Of a DNA stretch of 46,824 nucleotides, positions 35,921-46,087 are shown piece after piece. Positions within the stretch are counted from its first letter, which is position 1; each line of letters begins with the position of its first letter. Both the position numbers and the translations under genes were made by a program. This DNA comes from a virus (Duplodnaviria > Heunggongvirae > Uroviricota > Caudoviricetes), in the IMG/VR virus record IMGVR_UViG_2541047840_000001, one strand, 5' to 3'. A model generated the notes under the pieces. It was not told where the DNA came from. It saw nothing but the letters and a program-made list of their open reading frames with translations, and searched no databases.

Positions 35921-37777
35921 ATGGGCGAAACAGTATGGAGCACCGCTTTTTTCCGTGCGCTTCGCCCTAAATCACGGCTAACTGTTTCCGAATGGGCTGA
36001 TAAGTATCGTCATGTAGCGCCGGGAACGTCTCCAGAGCCAGGGCCGTGGCGTACAAGCCGAGTGCCATATTTGCGTGAACCAATGGATGTTATTGGTGAC
36101 GCTGATACAGAAACAGTAGTGATGCAATGTAGCTCGCAAATTGGTAAATCCGAATTACAGCTAAATGTTATGGGTTACTTTGCAGATCAGGAGCCATCTC
36201 CTCAGTTGATGATTTATCCAACGGTAGAGGCGGCTGAGGCTTTTTCAAAGGAGCGTATTGATCCGACGTTCAAATATTCCCCTGGTTTGAAACACAAGCT
36301 GCATGAAGGGAAAGAGGGGCGCGGTGCAGCCAAAAAGTCCAGCACGACTATACGTATGAAGCATTACGCTGGTGGATATATAGCACTTGTTGGTGCTAAT
36401 TCCCCAGCAGGTCTTGCATCCAGGCCAATTCGAATACTGTTAGCTGATGAGATTGATCGTTATGGTGTGACGCAGGAGGGCGACCCACTAAAACTAGGTA
36501 TTCAGCGTACTACCAACTTTCATAATCGTAAGAAAGTTTTTGTTTCTACTCCTGTTTTGGAGGAAACGAGCAAAATCCACAAGTGGTTTAAGCTCTCCGA
36601 TCAGCGTTACTACCATGTTCCTTGTCCATGTTGTGGCACCATGCAGGTGATGAAATGGTCGCAAGTCAGATGGGATAAGAGCGATTCAGGTGAGGCGTTA
36701 CCGGAAACGGCCAGATATGAGTGCTGTGAGTGCGGCGGGATTATGCGCGGATCTGGTAAACCAGACGTTGATTGGTTGGCAAAGGGGGTATGGATAGCTG
36801 AACATACTGGAGTTAAAGGTATTGTTGGTTTTCATATTAACAGTCTTTACTCCCCGTGGGTTGCATTGTCAGAGCTGGTTGAAGAATTTACGGAAGCAAC
36901 CAGAAACCGCGATAAAAATGGATTAATGGAGTTTATTAACCTTAAGCTGGGTGAGCCATGGAAAGAGGATGCTAAAGACGATATCGATCCTGAATACTTG
37001 TTGCAACGCAGAATAAGGTTTGAAGAGTTTTTACCAGATGATGTTTTATTGTTAAGTGCTGGTGTTGACGTACAGGACACGTATTTAGTTTGTGAATTGG
37101 TCGGTTGGGGAAAAGGTAAGGAGTCATGGGGGATAGAATATAAAATATTCCCAGGTGATCCCGCACAAGATGTTGTCTGGAAACAACTTGATGAATACTT
37201 ACTCCGTAGCTGGTCATTCCGTGACGGTCGAAAATTACAGATTTCTTCTGTTTGTATTGACTCTGGTGGGCATTTTACGACAGAGGTATATCGTTTTACT
37301 AAGCCGAGAGAATCAAGGCGAATATACTCTATCAGGGGGCGTGGTGGGGTAGGTTTACCATTTATAGGAAAGCCAAGTAATAATAACCGTGTGGGTGCTA
37401 TGTTGTTTAATTTGGGGGTTGATGATGGTAAAGGGACCATCATGGCAAGAATTAAACTACATGATCCTGGTCCTGGTTATATGCATTTCCCATTAGATTC
37501 TGACAGAGGATATGATACTGAATACTTTAAAGGATTATTATCAGAGAAAAAAATATTTGAATATAAAAATGGGCAGACAAAAGAAAAGTGGGTGAAAGTC
37601 TACGAGCGTAACGAGCCTCTTGATTGCCGTAACTATGCAACTGCCGCGATGGAAATTCTGAACCCTAATTTTAACTGGCTTGCCGAACAGGAAATGCGAG
37701 GTAATGTGTATGTGCAGAACTCGTCAGGTATACGTAGAAGACGCCGTAGAGTTATAAGTAAAGGCGTAACCATATAG
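35921..37777 (+). CDS. Terminase large subunit (lambda gpA-like)
   Basis: 618 aa; size and gene order match lambda gpA. Confidence 0.85.
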   Translation: MGETVWSTAFFRALRPKSRLTVSEWADKYRHVAPGTSPEPGPWRTSRVPYLREPMDVIGDADTETVVMQCSSQIGKSELQLNVMGYFADQEPSPQLMIYPTVEAAEAFSKERIDPTFKYSPGLKHKLHEGKEGRGAAKKSSTTIRMKHYAGGYIALVGANSPAGLASRPIRILLADEIDRYGVTQEGDPLKLGIQRTTNFHNRKKVFVSTPVLEETSKIHKWFKLSDQRYYHVPCPCCGTMQVMKWSQVRWDKSDSGEALPETARYECCECGGIMRGSGKPDVDWLAKGVWIAEHTGVKGIVGFHINSLYSPWVALSELVEEFTEATRNRDKNGLMEFINLKLGEPWKEDAKDDIDPEYLLQRRIRFEEFLPDDVLLLSAGVDVQDTYLVCELVGWGKGKESWGIEYKIFPGDPAQDVVWKQLDEYLLRSWSFRDGRKLQISSVCIDSGGHFTTEVYRFTKPRESRRIYSIRGRGGVGLPFIGKPSNNNRVGAMLFNLGVDDGKGTIMARIKLHDPGPGYMHFPLDSDRGYDTEYFKGLLSEKKIFEYKNGQTKEKWVKVYERNEPLDCRNYATAAMEILNPNFNWLAEQEMRGNVYVQNSSGIRRRRRRVISKGVTI

Positions 37778-37788
37778 AGGAAATATAA

Positions 37789-38028
37789 ATGAACAATGAA
37801 GCATTTTCTCTGACTGAAGCCAGAGAGATGTTATCTGTCTGGCGGGAAGCATATCGCGCTATTGCTATTGGCGGTCAGTCATATAAATTTGGTACGCGGC
37901 AGTTAACTCGTGCGGATTTATCAGAAGTCAGAAAAGAGATGGATTACTGGCGTAATGAAGTAGAAAGATTATCAGCAGGTATACGCCGAGGCCCACGAAT
38001 TAAACGAGTGGTGATAAGAGATTTATGA
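37789..38028 (+). CDS. Head-tail joining protein (gpW-like)
   Basis: 79 aa between terminase and portal as in lambda. Confidence 0.6.
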   Translation: MNNEAFSLTEAREMLSVWREAYRAIAIGGQSYKFGTRQLTRADLSEVRKEMDYWRNEVERLSAGIRRGPRIKRVVIRDL

Positions 38029-39599
38029 ATATTCTTGATCGAGTTATTGCGCCGTTTTCACCTCAGAGGGCATTAAATCGAGCTTTGGCAAGAAAACGGT
38101 TAGAAGCACTTGAAGGTATTAATAACCTTGGATATTCACGTCATGGTGCAAGCACTCATAAAAAATCATTAAGGGGTTGGTTTAGTAAAGCTGGTTCTCC
38201 TGATGATGATATTGTTAAAAATATAGATAAATTGCGTGAGCGTTCTCGTGATCTCTTCATGGGAAACCCGCTATCGGTTGGCGCAATAAAAACTATCAGG
38301 ACAAACGTTGTTGGTTCCGGTTTAAAACTAAATGCGAACATTGATGCCGATTTTTTGGGGATGACGCAGGAAGAAGCGCGAGCATGGGAAAAGCATGTTG
38401 AGCGTGAGTTTAGATTATGGGCTGATTCTCCAAATTGTGATGCATCAAGAATGTGTACTTTTGGACAATTGCAATCATTGGTCCAAATATCTGCGTTAAC
38501 ATCTGGCGATATATTTGCTGCGCTACCAGTTATTAAGCGTAAGGGTGTTATATATGATTTGTGCGTCTATTTAATTGAAGGTGATCGTGTTTGCAATCCA
38601 GAGGATCGTTTTATACCAAATCTTTACGGTGGCGTAGAGGTTGGTGAATTTAGCGAGCCTGTGGCGTACTGGGTTGCAAAACATCACCCAGCCGGGACTT
38701 CTGGTTTTGTAACCCGCAAGTGGGAACGTATTCCCGCATATGGGAGTAAAACAGGAAGAAGAAATATTCTGCATGTCATGCAGGATTTTGAAAGGCCTGG
38801 GCAACGTCGTGGCGTTCCTGTCCTTGCTCCTGTAATTGAAGCATTGAAGCAGTTAGGACGATACACCGATGCTGAATTGGTTGCTGCGGTTGTGTCAGGG
38901 ATGTTTACAGTCTTTATTAAAACAGACGCTCCTGATGGACCAGTAGGTGAATCAGGTATCCCTCAGTACGAGCAGATCGATAACCATGATGATAACACCC
39001 AAGAAATGGGGAATGGCTCCATAGTAAGTTTGGGTGAAGGTGAGTCGATAGATACAGCAAATCCCGGGCGACCAAATACGGCATTTGATGGTTTTGTTGT
39101 CGCCATATGCCGTCAAATTGGGGCTGCTTTAGAACTCCCTTACGAACTCTTGGTAAAGCATTTTACAGCAAGTTATAGCGCTAGCAGGGCCGCATTACTT
39201 GAAGCCTGGAAAATGTTCCGTATGCGACGTGACTGGATGGTTCAGTCATTTTGCCAACCGATCTATGAGGAATGGTTGGCCGAAGCCGTTGCAAAAGGCC
39301 GTGTTATTGCCCCTGGTTTTTTTTATGGTCCTGAATATCGCGCTGCATGGAGCGGTGCCCAATGGTATGGCCCATCACAAGGCCAATTAGATCCCCTTAA
39401 AGAAGTTAAAGCTGCAAAACTGCGTGTTGAGGAAACATTCTCTACCCGTGAAAAGGAAGCGGCTGAAATGTCAGGTCTTAACTGGGAAGAAACCGCACAA
39501 ATCTGTGGCAGAGAAGAGAATGCTCGCCGTGAGTTGGGGCTTATTACACCTCCTGTTTCTGAGGTAAATGAACAAAATATGGAGACTGATGATGCCTAA
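38025..39599 (+). CDS. Portal protein (lambda gpB-like)
   Basis: 524 aa, position after W-like gene. Confidence 0.85.
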   Translation: MNILDRVIAPFSPQRALNRALARKRLEALEGINNLGYSRHGASTHKKSLRGWFSKAGSPDDDIVKNIDKLRERSRDLFMGNPLSVGAIKTIRTNVVGSGLKLNANIDADFLGMTQEEARAWEKHVEREFRLWADSPNCDASRMCTFGQLQSLVQISALTSGDIFAALPVIKRKGVIYDLCVYLIEGDRVCNPEDRFIPNLYGGVEVGEFSEPVAYWVAKHHPAGTSGFVTRKWERIPAYGSKTGRRNILHVMQDFERPGQRRGVPVLAPVIEALKQLGRYTDAELVAAVVSGMFTVFIKTDAPDGPVGESGIPQYEQIDNHDDNTQEMGNGSIVSLGEGESIDTANPGRPNTAFDGFVVAICRQIGAALELPYELLVKHFTASYSASRAALLEAWKMFRMRRDWMVQSFCQPIYEEWLAEAVAKGRVIAPGFFYGPEYRAAWSGAQWYGPSQGQLDPLKEVKAAKLRVEETFSTREKEAAEMSGLNWEETAQICGREENARRELGLITPPVSEVNEQNMETDDA

Positions 39600-40656
39600 T
39601 TGGTGGGAAATAAAAAATAGCACGGGTGAAGATGACTCTCCGGCTGAACTTTTAATTTACGGGTATATTGGTGAATTTGATGAGGTTTCTTCTTCTGACA
39701 TAGTTAATAAATTAAAGGATATTTCATCAAATACTATCAACGTAAAAATTAATAGTTATGGTGGTTCTGTTTTTACTGCTCAAGCTATTCTTTCATCATT
39801 AAAGCGTCATAAGGCGAATATTACGGTTTATATCGACGGGATTGCTGCATCGGCTGCAACTATTATTGCAATGGCGGGTGATAAAATTATTATCCCATCT
39901 AATGCTATGATGATGATCCATAATCCGTGGACATTTGCTGCTGGCGATGCGGATGAATTGCGTGATATTGCTGAGATGATGGATAAGATACGCAATAGTA
40001 TTTTATCTGCATATAAGGAGAAAACAGGGCTTTCTGAGGATAAATTAATTGAACTAATGGATCAGGAAACATGGCTAAATGCAGAAGAGGCTGTAGAGCT
40101 TGGATTTGCTGACGAAGTTGAAAAACCAATACGCTTATCCGCTTCTATAAAAGAAGGGATGCTTTCTCTTAATGGAATAACTTTTGAAGCATCAAGGTTT
40201 TCAAAATTACCTGATTCACTCGCAAAGTTGCCGCAAAATAAAAATGAGTTATCTACTGAATCAAATGAACAAAATGAGGACGATATTGTGACTCTTGATG
40301 AATTAAAAAATAAATATCCAGAATTATACAATCAGGTTTTTAATGCTGGTAAAGACGAGGGCGTTAAATCAGAACGCGAGCGCATTGAAACAATCGAGAA
40401 TAGCGTGATTCCTGGTCATGACGACCTGGTTAAGAATGCAAAATTCAAAACAGGAGTTTCTGCGGCTGAACTTGCTTTGGAAATTATGAATGCAGAGCGA
40501 GCGCGTAACAAAAACTTTCTTAATCAACGGCAAGAAGACGCAAGTGAGGTGAATGATTCAGTTGATGTTAATCAACCAGAAAACAACGGTAACAAACAGG
40601 CTGAAGCAGTAAAAAATGTTATTGGGTCAGTATTTAAAAAACGCGATAAAAATTAA
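39568..40656 (+). CDS. Head maturation protease (ClpP/S49-like) with C-terminal scaffold-like region
   Basis: ClpP-like core with GIAASAATIIAMAGD and MMMIHNP segments; true start probably ATG 39589/39592. Confidence 0.8.
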   Translation: MNKIWRLMMPNWWEIKNSTGEDDSPAELLIYGYIGEFDEVSSSDIVNKLKDISSNTINVKINSYGGSVFTAQAILSSLKRHKANITVYIDGIAASAATIIAMAGDKIIIPSNAMMMIHNPWTFAAGDADELRDIAEMMDKIRNSILSAYKEKTGLSEDKLIELMDQETWLNAEEAVELGFADEVEKPIRLSASIKEGMLSLNGITFEASRFSKLPDSLAKLPQNKNELSTESNEQNEDDIVTLDELKNKYPELYNQVFNAGKDEGVKSERERIETIENSVIPGHDDLVKNAKFKTGVSAAELALEIMNAERARNKNFLNQRQEDASEVNDSVDVNQPENNGNKQAEAVKNVIGSVFKKRDKN

Positions 40657-40665
40657 GGTGAGTTT

Positions 40666-41049
40666 ATGCGAGAGTCTTTTTCATTTGAACCAGATAATCT
40701 GATTATTTCTGGTGGTATGCCAGCAATTCCAACAAGTATTAAACTTGCCAGCGGTAAAGTAAAACGGGGTGAGTTACTTGCTTTTGTCAGTATTGATCAG
40801 ACAACAAATGTTGTCACTGTGGCGCCAATAAATCTCTCTGGTGAAGGGGAGGCAAAAGAACCGTATTGTATCGCTCAACACAATATTGATGCGACTGATT
40901 CAGCGCAAGTCGGAACAGCATGGCTGACCGGAATGTTCAATGCACATGCGGTTATACTTCCTGAATCAGCAAAAGTTGCCGATGTATATCTGGCTTGCCG
41001 GAAGGTTGGAATATTCCTTAATACCGCACAACAAAATCCATCTGCATAA
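40666..41049 (+). CDS. Head decoration protein (lambda gpD-like, tentative)
   Basis: 127 aa directly upstream of major capsid gene. Confidence 0.55.
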   Translation: MRESFSFEPDNLIISGGMPAIPTSIKLASGKVKRGELLAFVSIDQTTNVVTVAPINLSGEGEAKEPYCIAQHNIDATDSAQVGTAWLTGMFNAHAVILPESAKVADVYLACRKVGIFLNTAQQNPSA

Positions 41050-41069
41050 TATAAAGAGGTCGTATTTTT

Positions 41070-42113
41070 ATGCCGAATATTGATATTTTTGAACGACGTA
41101 CGATGCTTGAGCCTGTTATTCAGAATTTCAAGGCTCGTCGTTTTCTTCTTCGTACCTTTTTTCCTGGTGTTCAGACCTTTAATACAAAGAAAGTTGATCT
41201 GGATTTTGTTCGCGGTGGCCGTACTATGGCTCCGTTTGTTGGTAAAGGTTTTGGTTCAAAAACCGTTGAGCGACGCGGCTTTGTAACGAGAACTCTGGAG
41301 CCGCCGCTTGTTGCACCTGATTTGGTAACAACAGCAGAGCTGCTTTTAAACAGGCTTCCGGGTGAGAATATTTACAACGCAAAATCGCCAGAAGAACGAG
41401 CCGCCGAGCAATTAGGTAAAGATTTGCTTGAGCTTGATGAAATGGTTAACCGCCGTGAAGAATGGATGTGTGCACAAGTCTTGTTTACGGGGCAGGTTGA
41501 TATTGTTGGTGAAGGAGTGGATGACACAGTTTATTTTTGGCCTGAAGAGGAAGGAGATAAACCATATCTTGAGCTGACAGGTGATGATTTATGGAGTGCA
41601 GCAAAATCAGATCCGTTGGTCAATGTTCGCAACTGGAAACGTCGGGTATCACTAACTTCAGGTTTTACACCTCGTGTTGCCGTAATGGGCGCAAAAGTTG
41701 TTGATGCCTTCGTTAAAAATGAAGCAGTAACTAAATATCTTGATAATCGCCGAAAAGAGCTTGGGTATATTGAGCCTAAAGAGTTAGAAGAAGGCGTAAC
41801 TCATTATGGCAATCTTGAAGGTGTCGATTTTTATGGTTACGACGAACTTATTCGCAATGATAAAACAGGAAAACCTGAACCATTAGTACCGGAAGATAAG
41901 ATCCTCTTTGGCTCTCCTGGTCGAGGAACGATGCTGTATGGTGCTGTAGAGCTTGTAGATGACGCCGAAAAGACTCTAACGATTGTTGAGTCACCACGAG
42001 TTCCAGACACTTGGGTAACTCGTAAGCCGGCTGGCCGTTATGTTGCCATGAAGTCATCTCCACTGCCTAATCCTGGTGTGGCTGATGCCTATCTGGTGGC
42101 TAAGGTGGTTTAA
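41070..42113 (+). CDS. Major capsid protein (lambda gpE-like)
   Basis: 347 aa, position and size. Confidence 0.8.
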   Translation: MPNIDIFERRTMLEPVIQNFKARRFLLRTFFPGVQTFNTKKVDLDFVRGGRTMAPFVGKGFGSKTVERRGFVTRTLEPPLVAPDLVTTAELLLNRLPGENIYNAKSPEERAAEQLGKDLLELDEMVNRREEWMCAQVLFTGQVDIVGEGVDDTVYFWPEEEGDKPYLELTGDDLWSAAKSDPLVNVRNWKRRVSLTSGFTPRVAVMGAKVVDAFVKNEAVTKYLDNRRKELGYIEPKELEEGVTHYGNLEGVDFYGYDELIRNDKTGKPEPLVPEDKILFGSPGRGTMLYGAVELVDDAEKTLTIVESPRVPDTWVTRKPAGRYVAMKSSPLPNPGVADAYLVAKVV

Positions 42114-42506
42114 ATGGCCAGACTGATTAAAAACATTGATACGATAAGCCACGGCTCGCTAAAAGCGGGCCGTTTGCTTAATGGGCTAATGGATAACTCC
42201 AGAATTGCCGAACTGATTGCGTCAGGACATGCTATTGCCACCAAAGAGGATGGTGATTTGGCATCGGCTGGGGGCTATGATGCTGCTAAGTTAGCTTTTG
42301 AGCATGGATACGCATCTGCTGTTAATGATGCTGTGGACGCGGGGTTGATTACGCGAACGGAGGCGGGTAGCTGTGTATTCGAGGTTGAGTTTGAGGATGA
42401 TGGCGGCAATGAGGAAATGGTTGCTGATGATTCATCTGAATCTGTAGCTACTTCTGATACCAGTAATGCGAAAAAATCAACGCAAAAAAAAGGTAATAAG
42501 AAGTAA
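42114..42506 (+). CDS. Hypothetical head-module protein with acidic C-terminus
   Basis: 130 aa, coupled to capsid gene. Confidence 0.45.
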   Translation: MARLIKNIDTISHGSLKAGRLLNGLMDNSRIAELIASGHAIATKEDGDLASAGGYDAAKLAFEHGYASAVNDAVDAGLITRTEAGSCVFEVEFEDDGGNEEMVADDSSESVATSDTSNAKKSTQKKGNKK

Positions 42507-42850
42507 TGAACTCCTTCAAAGAGGTTATAGCGCAAGACATTTCTGCAATATTCCTCAATGAAAAAGAGTTTGCCGATACATATAACATAGACGGCAAGGA
42601 TATCCTTGCCGTTATTGATACAGACCTTATTCATGAGCGGAATAAACGCTCATATGCTGAGTTTGCAGAGGGAATAAATCAGGGGCAAATAATATTATTT
42701 GTTTCAAGAAAAGATTTTCCTGTTCTCCCTGTCAAAGACCAGTCAATGAAAATCAACGGTAAAAATTATATTGTTGATGAAGTATCAGATAATGTTGGTG
42801 TATTGGAAATAACTCTCACTGTTAATACTAACAGAGGAATGCCGATTTGA
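42506..42850 (+). CDS. Putative head-tail connector / head completion protein
   Basis: 114 aa, gene order between capsid and tail sheath. Confidence 0.45.
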   Translation: MNSFKEVIAQDISAIFLNEKEFADTYNIDGKDILAVIDTDLIHERNKRSYAEFAEGINQGQIILFVSRKDFPVLPVKDQSMKINGKNYIVDEVSDNVGVLEITLTVNTNRGMPI

Positions 42851-43332
42851 TTAATCTTTTGATAGATGCAATAAAAAATCGGTTGGAACATGAGGTTTTC
42901 CATGATTTATTAGTGCAGGGGCCTCCTTATGATGAAACAGACAGCGATATTAAATTGTTTGTTCCAACAATATTTAAAGGGTACTTGCCTCCTAAATCAC
43001 AACCATCTCCAGATAAACCGCCAGAATTTCCTCATGTGATTATCAGGCCCACGGAAGGAGGAATGCAGCCTGAAACGGATGAAGTTAAGGTTAAGTTTCT
43101 TCTAGGTGGTTTTTGTGAGGACCATACTGGATATGAATGGGTAATGGCTCTTCTTGAAAGGATGATGTTTCATTTTCAGGAGAAGCCTTTACTTGAAGAG
43201 AAATTTCTCTTTCAGGGTGATATCAGATGGCGAATGTTTGATGATCAACCATATCCATATTGGATAACGGAAGCAACTGGAACGTGGCTAGTATTAAAGC
43301 CTCAGAATATTCAGTCTCAGGAGTTTATCTAA
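42847..43332 (+). CDS. Putative neck / tail completion protein
   Basis: 161 aa, gene order. Confidence 0.45.
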   Translation: MINLLIDAIKNRLEHEVFHDLLVQGPPYDETDSDIKLFVPTIFKGYLPPKSQPSPDKPPEFPHVIIRPTEGGMQPETDEVKVKFLLGGFCEDHTGYEWVMALLERMMFHFQEKPLLEEKFLFQGDIRWRMFDDQPYPYWITEATGTWLVLKPQNIQSQEFI

Positions 43333-43623
43333 ATGGCTAATAAGAAAAGTAGTAAAGAAGATATAGAAAAGAAGGAAGATGTTGCTCAAACATTTGTATA
43401 TATAGGACCAACAATCCCTCAACTCTCAATTTTGAAGCATAAACTATTTAAGAATGGCTTATCTCCAGAGTGTAAAAAATTAATATCACATATTCCTGGT
43501 GCAAAGTGTTTGTTTGTGGCAACCAGTGATTTTGCAGATGCAGAAAAAAGACTTTCTGATAAAACCAGTGTCGAGTATGTAATGTACTCTAGAGTTTCTT
43601 CTTCTATCATGGAGATTAAATAA
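43333..43623 (+). CDS. Hypothetical structural-module protein
   Basis: 96 aa, stop overlaps sheath start. Confidence 0.4.
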   Translation: MANKKSSKEDIEKKEDVAQTFVYIGPTIPQLSILKHKLFKNGLSPECKKLISHIPGAKCLFVATSDFADAEKRLSDKTSVEYVMYSRVSSSIMEIK

Positions 43624-45086
43624 TGGGATATCGCCACGGTATTTATATATCTGAGCTGGCTACATCTATAACTCCTCCAGTACAAGTTAGTGCTGGGTTG
43701 ATTGTCGCATTTGGTACAGCTCCTGTTAATCAGTTAGAAGATCCAGCCTCAGCGGTAAATAAACCTATCATTGCTTATACATACGCAGAGGCCGTATCTA
43801 AAATAGGATATAGCACAAACTTCGAGAAATATACTTTAAGCGAAGTAATTAAAGTCGCATTTGGAATATATGGTATTGCGCCAGTTGTATTTATCAATGT
43901 GCTTGATCCAGCAAAGCATAAGAAAGACGTAACTGATGAGGTAGTAAAACTTTCTGGCGGGAAAGGTACGCTCTCTAACGATGGTGTCTTATATAAATCT
44001 GTTGTTGTGAAAAAAGCAGATGGTGATTCTCCAGGGTTAACGGTTGATACAGATTATGTACTGGCGCTGGATGATAATGGCTATACGGTCATTACCGCTA
44101 TTAGCGGAGGAAAAATTACTGAAAAAGACGCCACTCTTAAGGTTAGTTATACGCATCTTGATCCCGGGGCTGTAACTAAAAACGATATTATTGGTGGTGT
44201 GGATTCCAACACTAAAGCGAATACGGGGCTTGAGTTACTGTCGGATGTTTATCCCCGCTTCAAACTAGTTCCAGGACAAGTGATTGCGCCTGGATTTAGT
44301 TCTGATAGTGAAGTTGGCCAGCTAATGGCGGCTAAAGCTGCGCTGATTAGTGAATTGTTCAAAGCAGAAGCTATCACCGATGCGCCGACTGATAAATCTA
44401 CTATCAGTGATTATTCTGCTGTTCCTGAATGGAAGCAGAACAATAATCATATGGCAGCTAACCAGACAGTGTGCTGGCCGATGGTGAAACTTGGTGACAA
44501 TATTTACCATCACTCAACCCATTTAGCGGCCGCAACATGCTTGCTGGATAGTCAGTATGGTGATATTCCATCACGTTCTCCGTCAAATATAAAACTACAG
44601 ATGGACGGTGCTGTACGTAAAGATGGCAGTGAGGTATGGCTTAACATTAGCCAGGCAAACTACTTAAATGGACAGGGGATTGTAACAAGCCTTAATTTTG
44701 ATGGTTGGAAATCATGGGGAAACCGTAATGCTATTTATCCAACATCTACAGACCCCAAAGACGCATTTCGTGTTTGCCGACGTATGTTTAACTGGGTGGG
44801 TAATACGTTAATTCTTTCGCATTGGTCAAAAATAGACAATCCTGCAAACCGTCGATTAATTGAATCGATTGTTACTAGTGCGAATATTTGGCTTAACGGC
44901 CTCACAGGTAATCAGGATATTGCAGGTGGTGTTGTTACCTTTGATCAGTCTGAAAACACGATTACGTCATTGATGGACGGGATTGTTAAATTCCATGTGA
45001 AAATGACACCATTCTCACCTGCCAGAGATATAGAGTTCGTCATGGAATATAATCCTGATTATCTGCTGAACTTGTTTTCTGAATAA
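43623..45086 (+). CDS. Tail sheath protein
   Basis: 487 aa directly preceding tube gene; contractile-tail order. Confidence 0.85.
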   Translation: MGYRHGIYISELATSITPPVQVSAGLIVAFGTAPVNQLEDPASAVNKPIIAYTYAEAVSKIGYSTNFEKYTLSEVIKVAFGIYGIAPVVFINVLDPAKHKKDVTDEVVKLSGGKGTLSNDGVLYKSVVVKKADGDSPGLTVDTDYVLALDDNGYTVITAISGGKITEKDATLKVSYTHLDPGAVTKNDIIGGVDSNTKANTGLELLSDVYPRFKLVPGQVIAPGFSSDSEVGQLMAAKAALISELFKAEAITDAPTDKSTISDYSAVPEWKQNNNHMAANQTVCWPMVKLGDNIYHHSTHLAAATCLLDSQYGDIPSRSPSNIKLQMDGAVRKDGSEVWLNISQANYLNGQGIVTSLNFDGWKSWGNRNAIYPTSTDPKDAFRVCRRMFNWVGNTLILSHWSKIDNPANRRLIESIVTSANIWLNGLTGNQDIAGGVVTFDQSENTITSLMDGIVKFHVKMTPFSPARDIEFVMEYNPDYLLNLFSE

Positions 45087-45102
45087 ATAATAGGAGGTTG
45101 CT

Positions 45103-45624
45103 TTGAGCAATCAAATTCCTGAGAGACTTATTAACTTTACAGTATACGGTGAAGGAAACCGTATTATCGGTGTTGCTGACGCAAAGCTGCCATCAATTGA
45201 GATGATGACAGAGACAGTTAGTGGTGCAGGTATCGCTGGAGAGCTTGAGAGCGGAACGCTGGGGCATTTCAAACCAATGACCGTCTCTCTTAAATGGCGA
45301 ACTCTGACCTCTGCTGGTACAAAATTATTTCTATCCTCATCTCATCAGGTAGATTTTCGCGGTAGCCAGCAGGTTTATGATGCAGGAACAGGAAAATATA
45401 AAACGGTTCCTATTCGGGCTTCAATGAAGCTAAACCCTAAAAAACTGGATTTAGGTTCGCTACAGGTGGCAAAGGCTACTGATTCAGAGAATGAATTTGA
45501 AGTTCTCTATATCAAATTATTTATTGATGGAAAAGAAGTCTTGGAAATTGATAAGTTGAACTTTATTTGTATCTTTGATGGTGAAGATATATTAAAAAGC
45601 GTTCGTGATGATTTAGGTTTATAA
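45103..45624 (+). CDS. Tail tube protein
   Basis: 173 aa after sheath. Confidence 0.8.
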   Translation: MSNQIPERLINFTVYGEGNRIIGVADAKLPSIEMMTETVSGAGIAGELESGTLGHFKPMTVSLKWRTLTSAGTKLFLSSSHQVDFRGSQQVYDAGTGKYKTVPIRASMKLNPKKLDLGSLQVAKATDSENEFEVLYIKLFIDGKEVLEIDKLNFICIFDGEDILKSVRDDLGL

Positions 45625-45633
45625 GGTGACAAA

Positions 45634-45915
45634 ATGGAAACCGTTAAATTAAGTAAAGAATATCGTTTTGAAGACTTTGAGCCGGTGACTGAACTCAACC
45701 TTGATTTAGACAACCTAAAAGGCAGTGATATTTTAGAGGTATCGGACTTACTGCAATCTCAAGGGCATGTTTCAGTTCAAACATCACTTGATAATAAAGT
45801 CCATGCAGCCTTGGCTGCTCGCTGTATTGGCCGTCCAATAGAGTATCTGAATGGATTGCCAGCGAAAGACTTTGTTAAAGTTTGTCAAAAGGTACAGAAT
45901 TTTTTGCTCTCGTAG
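45634..45915 (+). CDS. Tail assembly chaperone (short form)
   Basis: 93 aa immediately upstream of tape measure gene. Confidence 0.65.
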   Translation: METVKLSKEYRFEDFEPVTELNLDLDNLKGSDILEVSDLLQSQGHVSVQTSLDNKVHAALAARCIGRPIEYLNGLPAKDFVKVCQKVQNFLLS

Positions 45916-46064
45916 GTTTTGATGAGCAAAAACCTATTGATAAGCAAATAATGAGGGCCGCGAGTTCTCTATCTCAATCATCTCAATCAACACCTATATC
46001 CTACTGGCTTTCGCTTCGGTTGAGGCGAATCGTCGCATGGATTGATGTGTTTAATGAGGATTAA
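45634..46064 (+). CDS. Tail assembly chaperone, predicted -1 frameshift fusion product
   Basis: Slippery heptamer T_TTT_TTG at 45900-45906; the -1 frame is open from there to 46064 just before the tape measure start. Confidence 0.5.
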
Positions 46065-46087
46065 TACTAATGGCCAGCAATAAGAAC

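Noticed and set aside
36847-37443. 198-aa antisense ORF inside the large terminase gene (and similar antisense ORFs inside tape measure, fibre, portal and sheath genes)
   Set aside because: Fully embedded antisense to long, well-supported structural genes; typical spurious reading frames.
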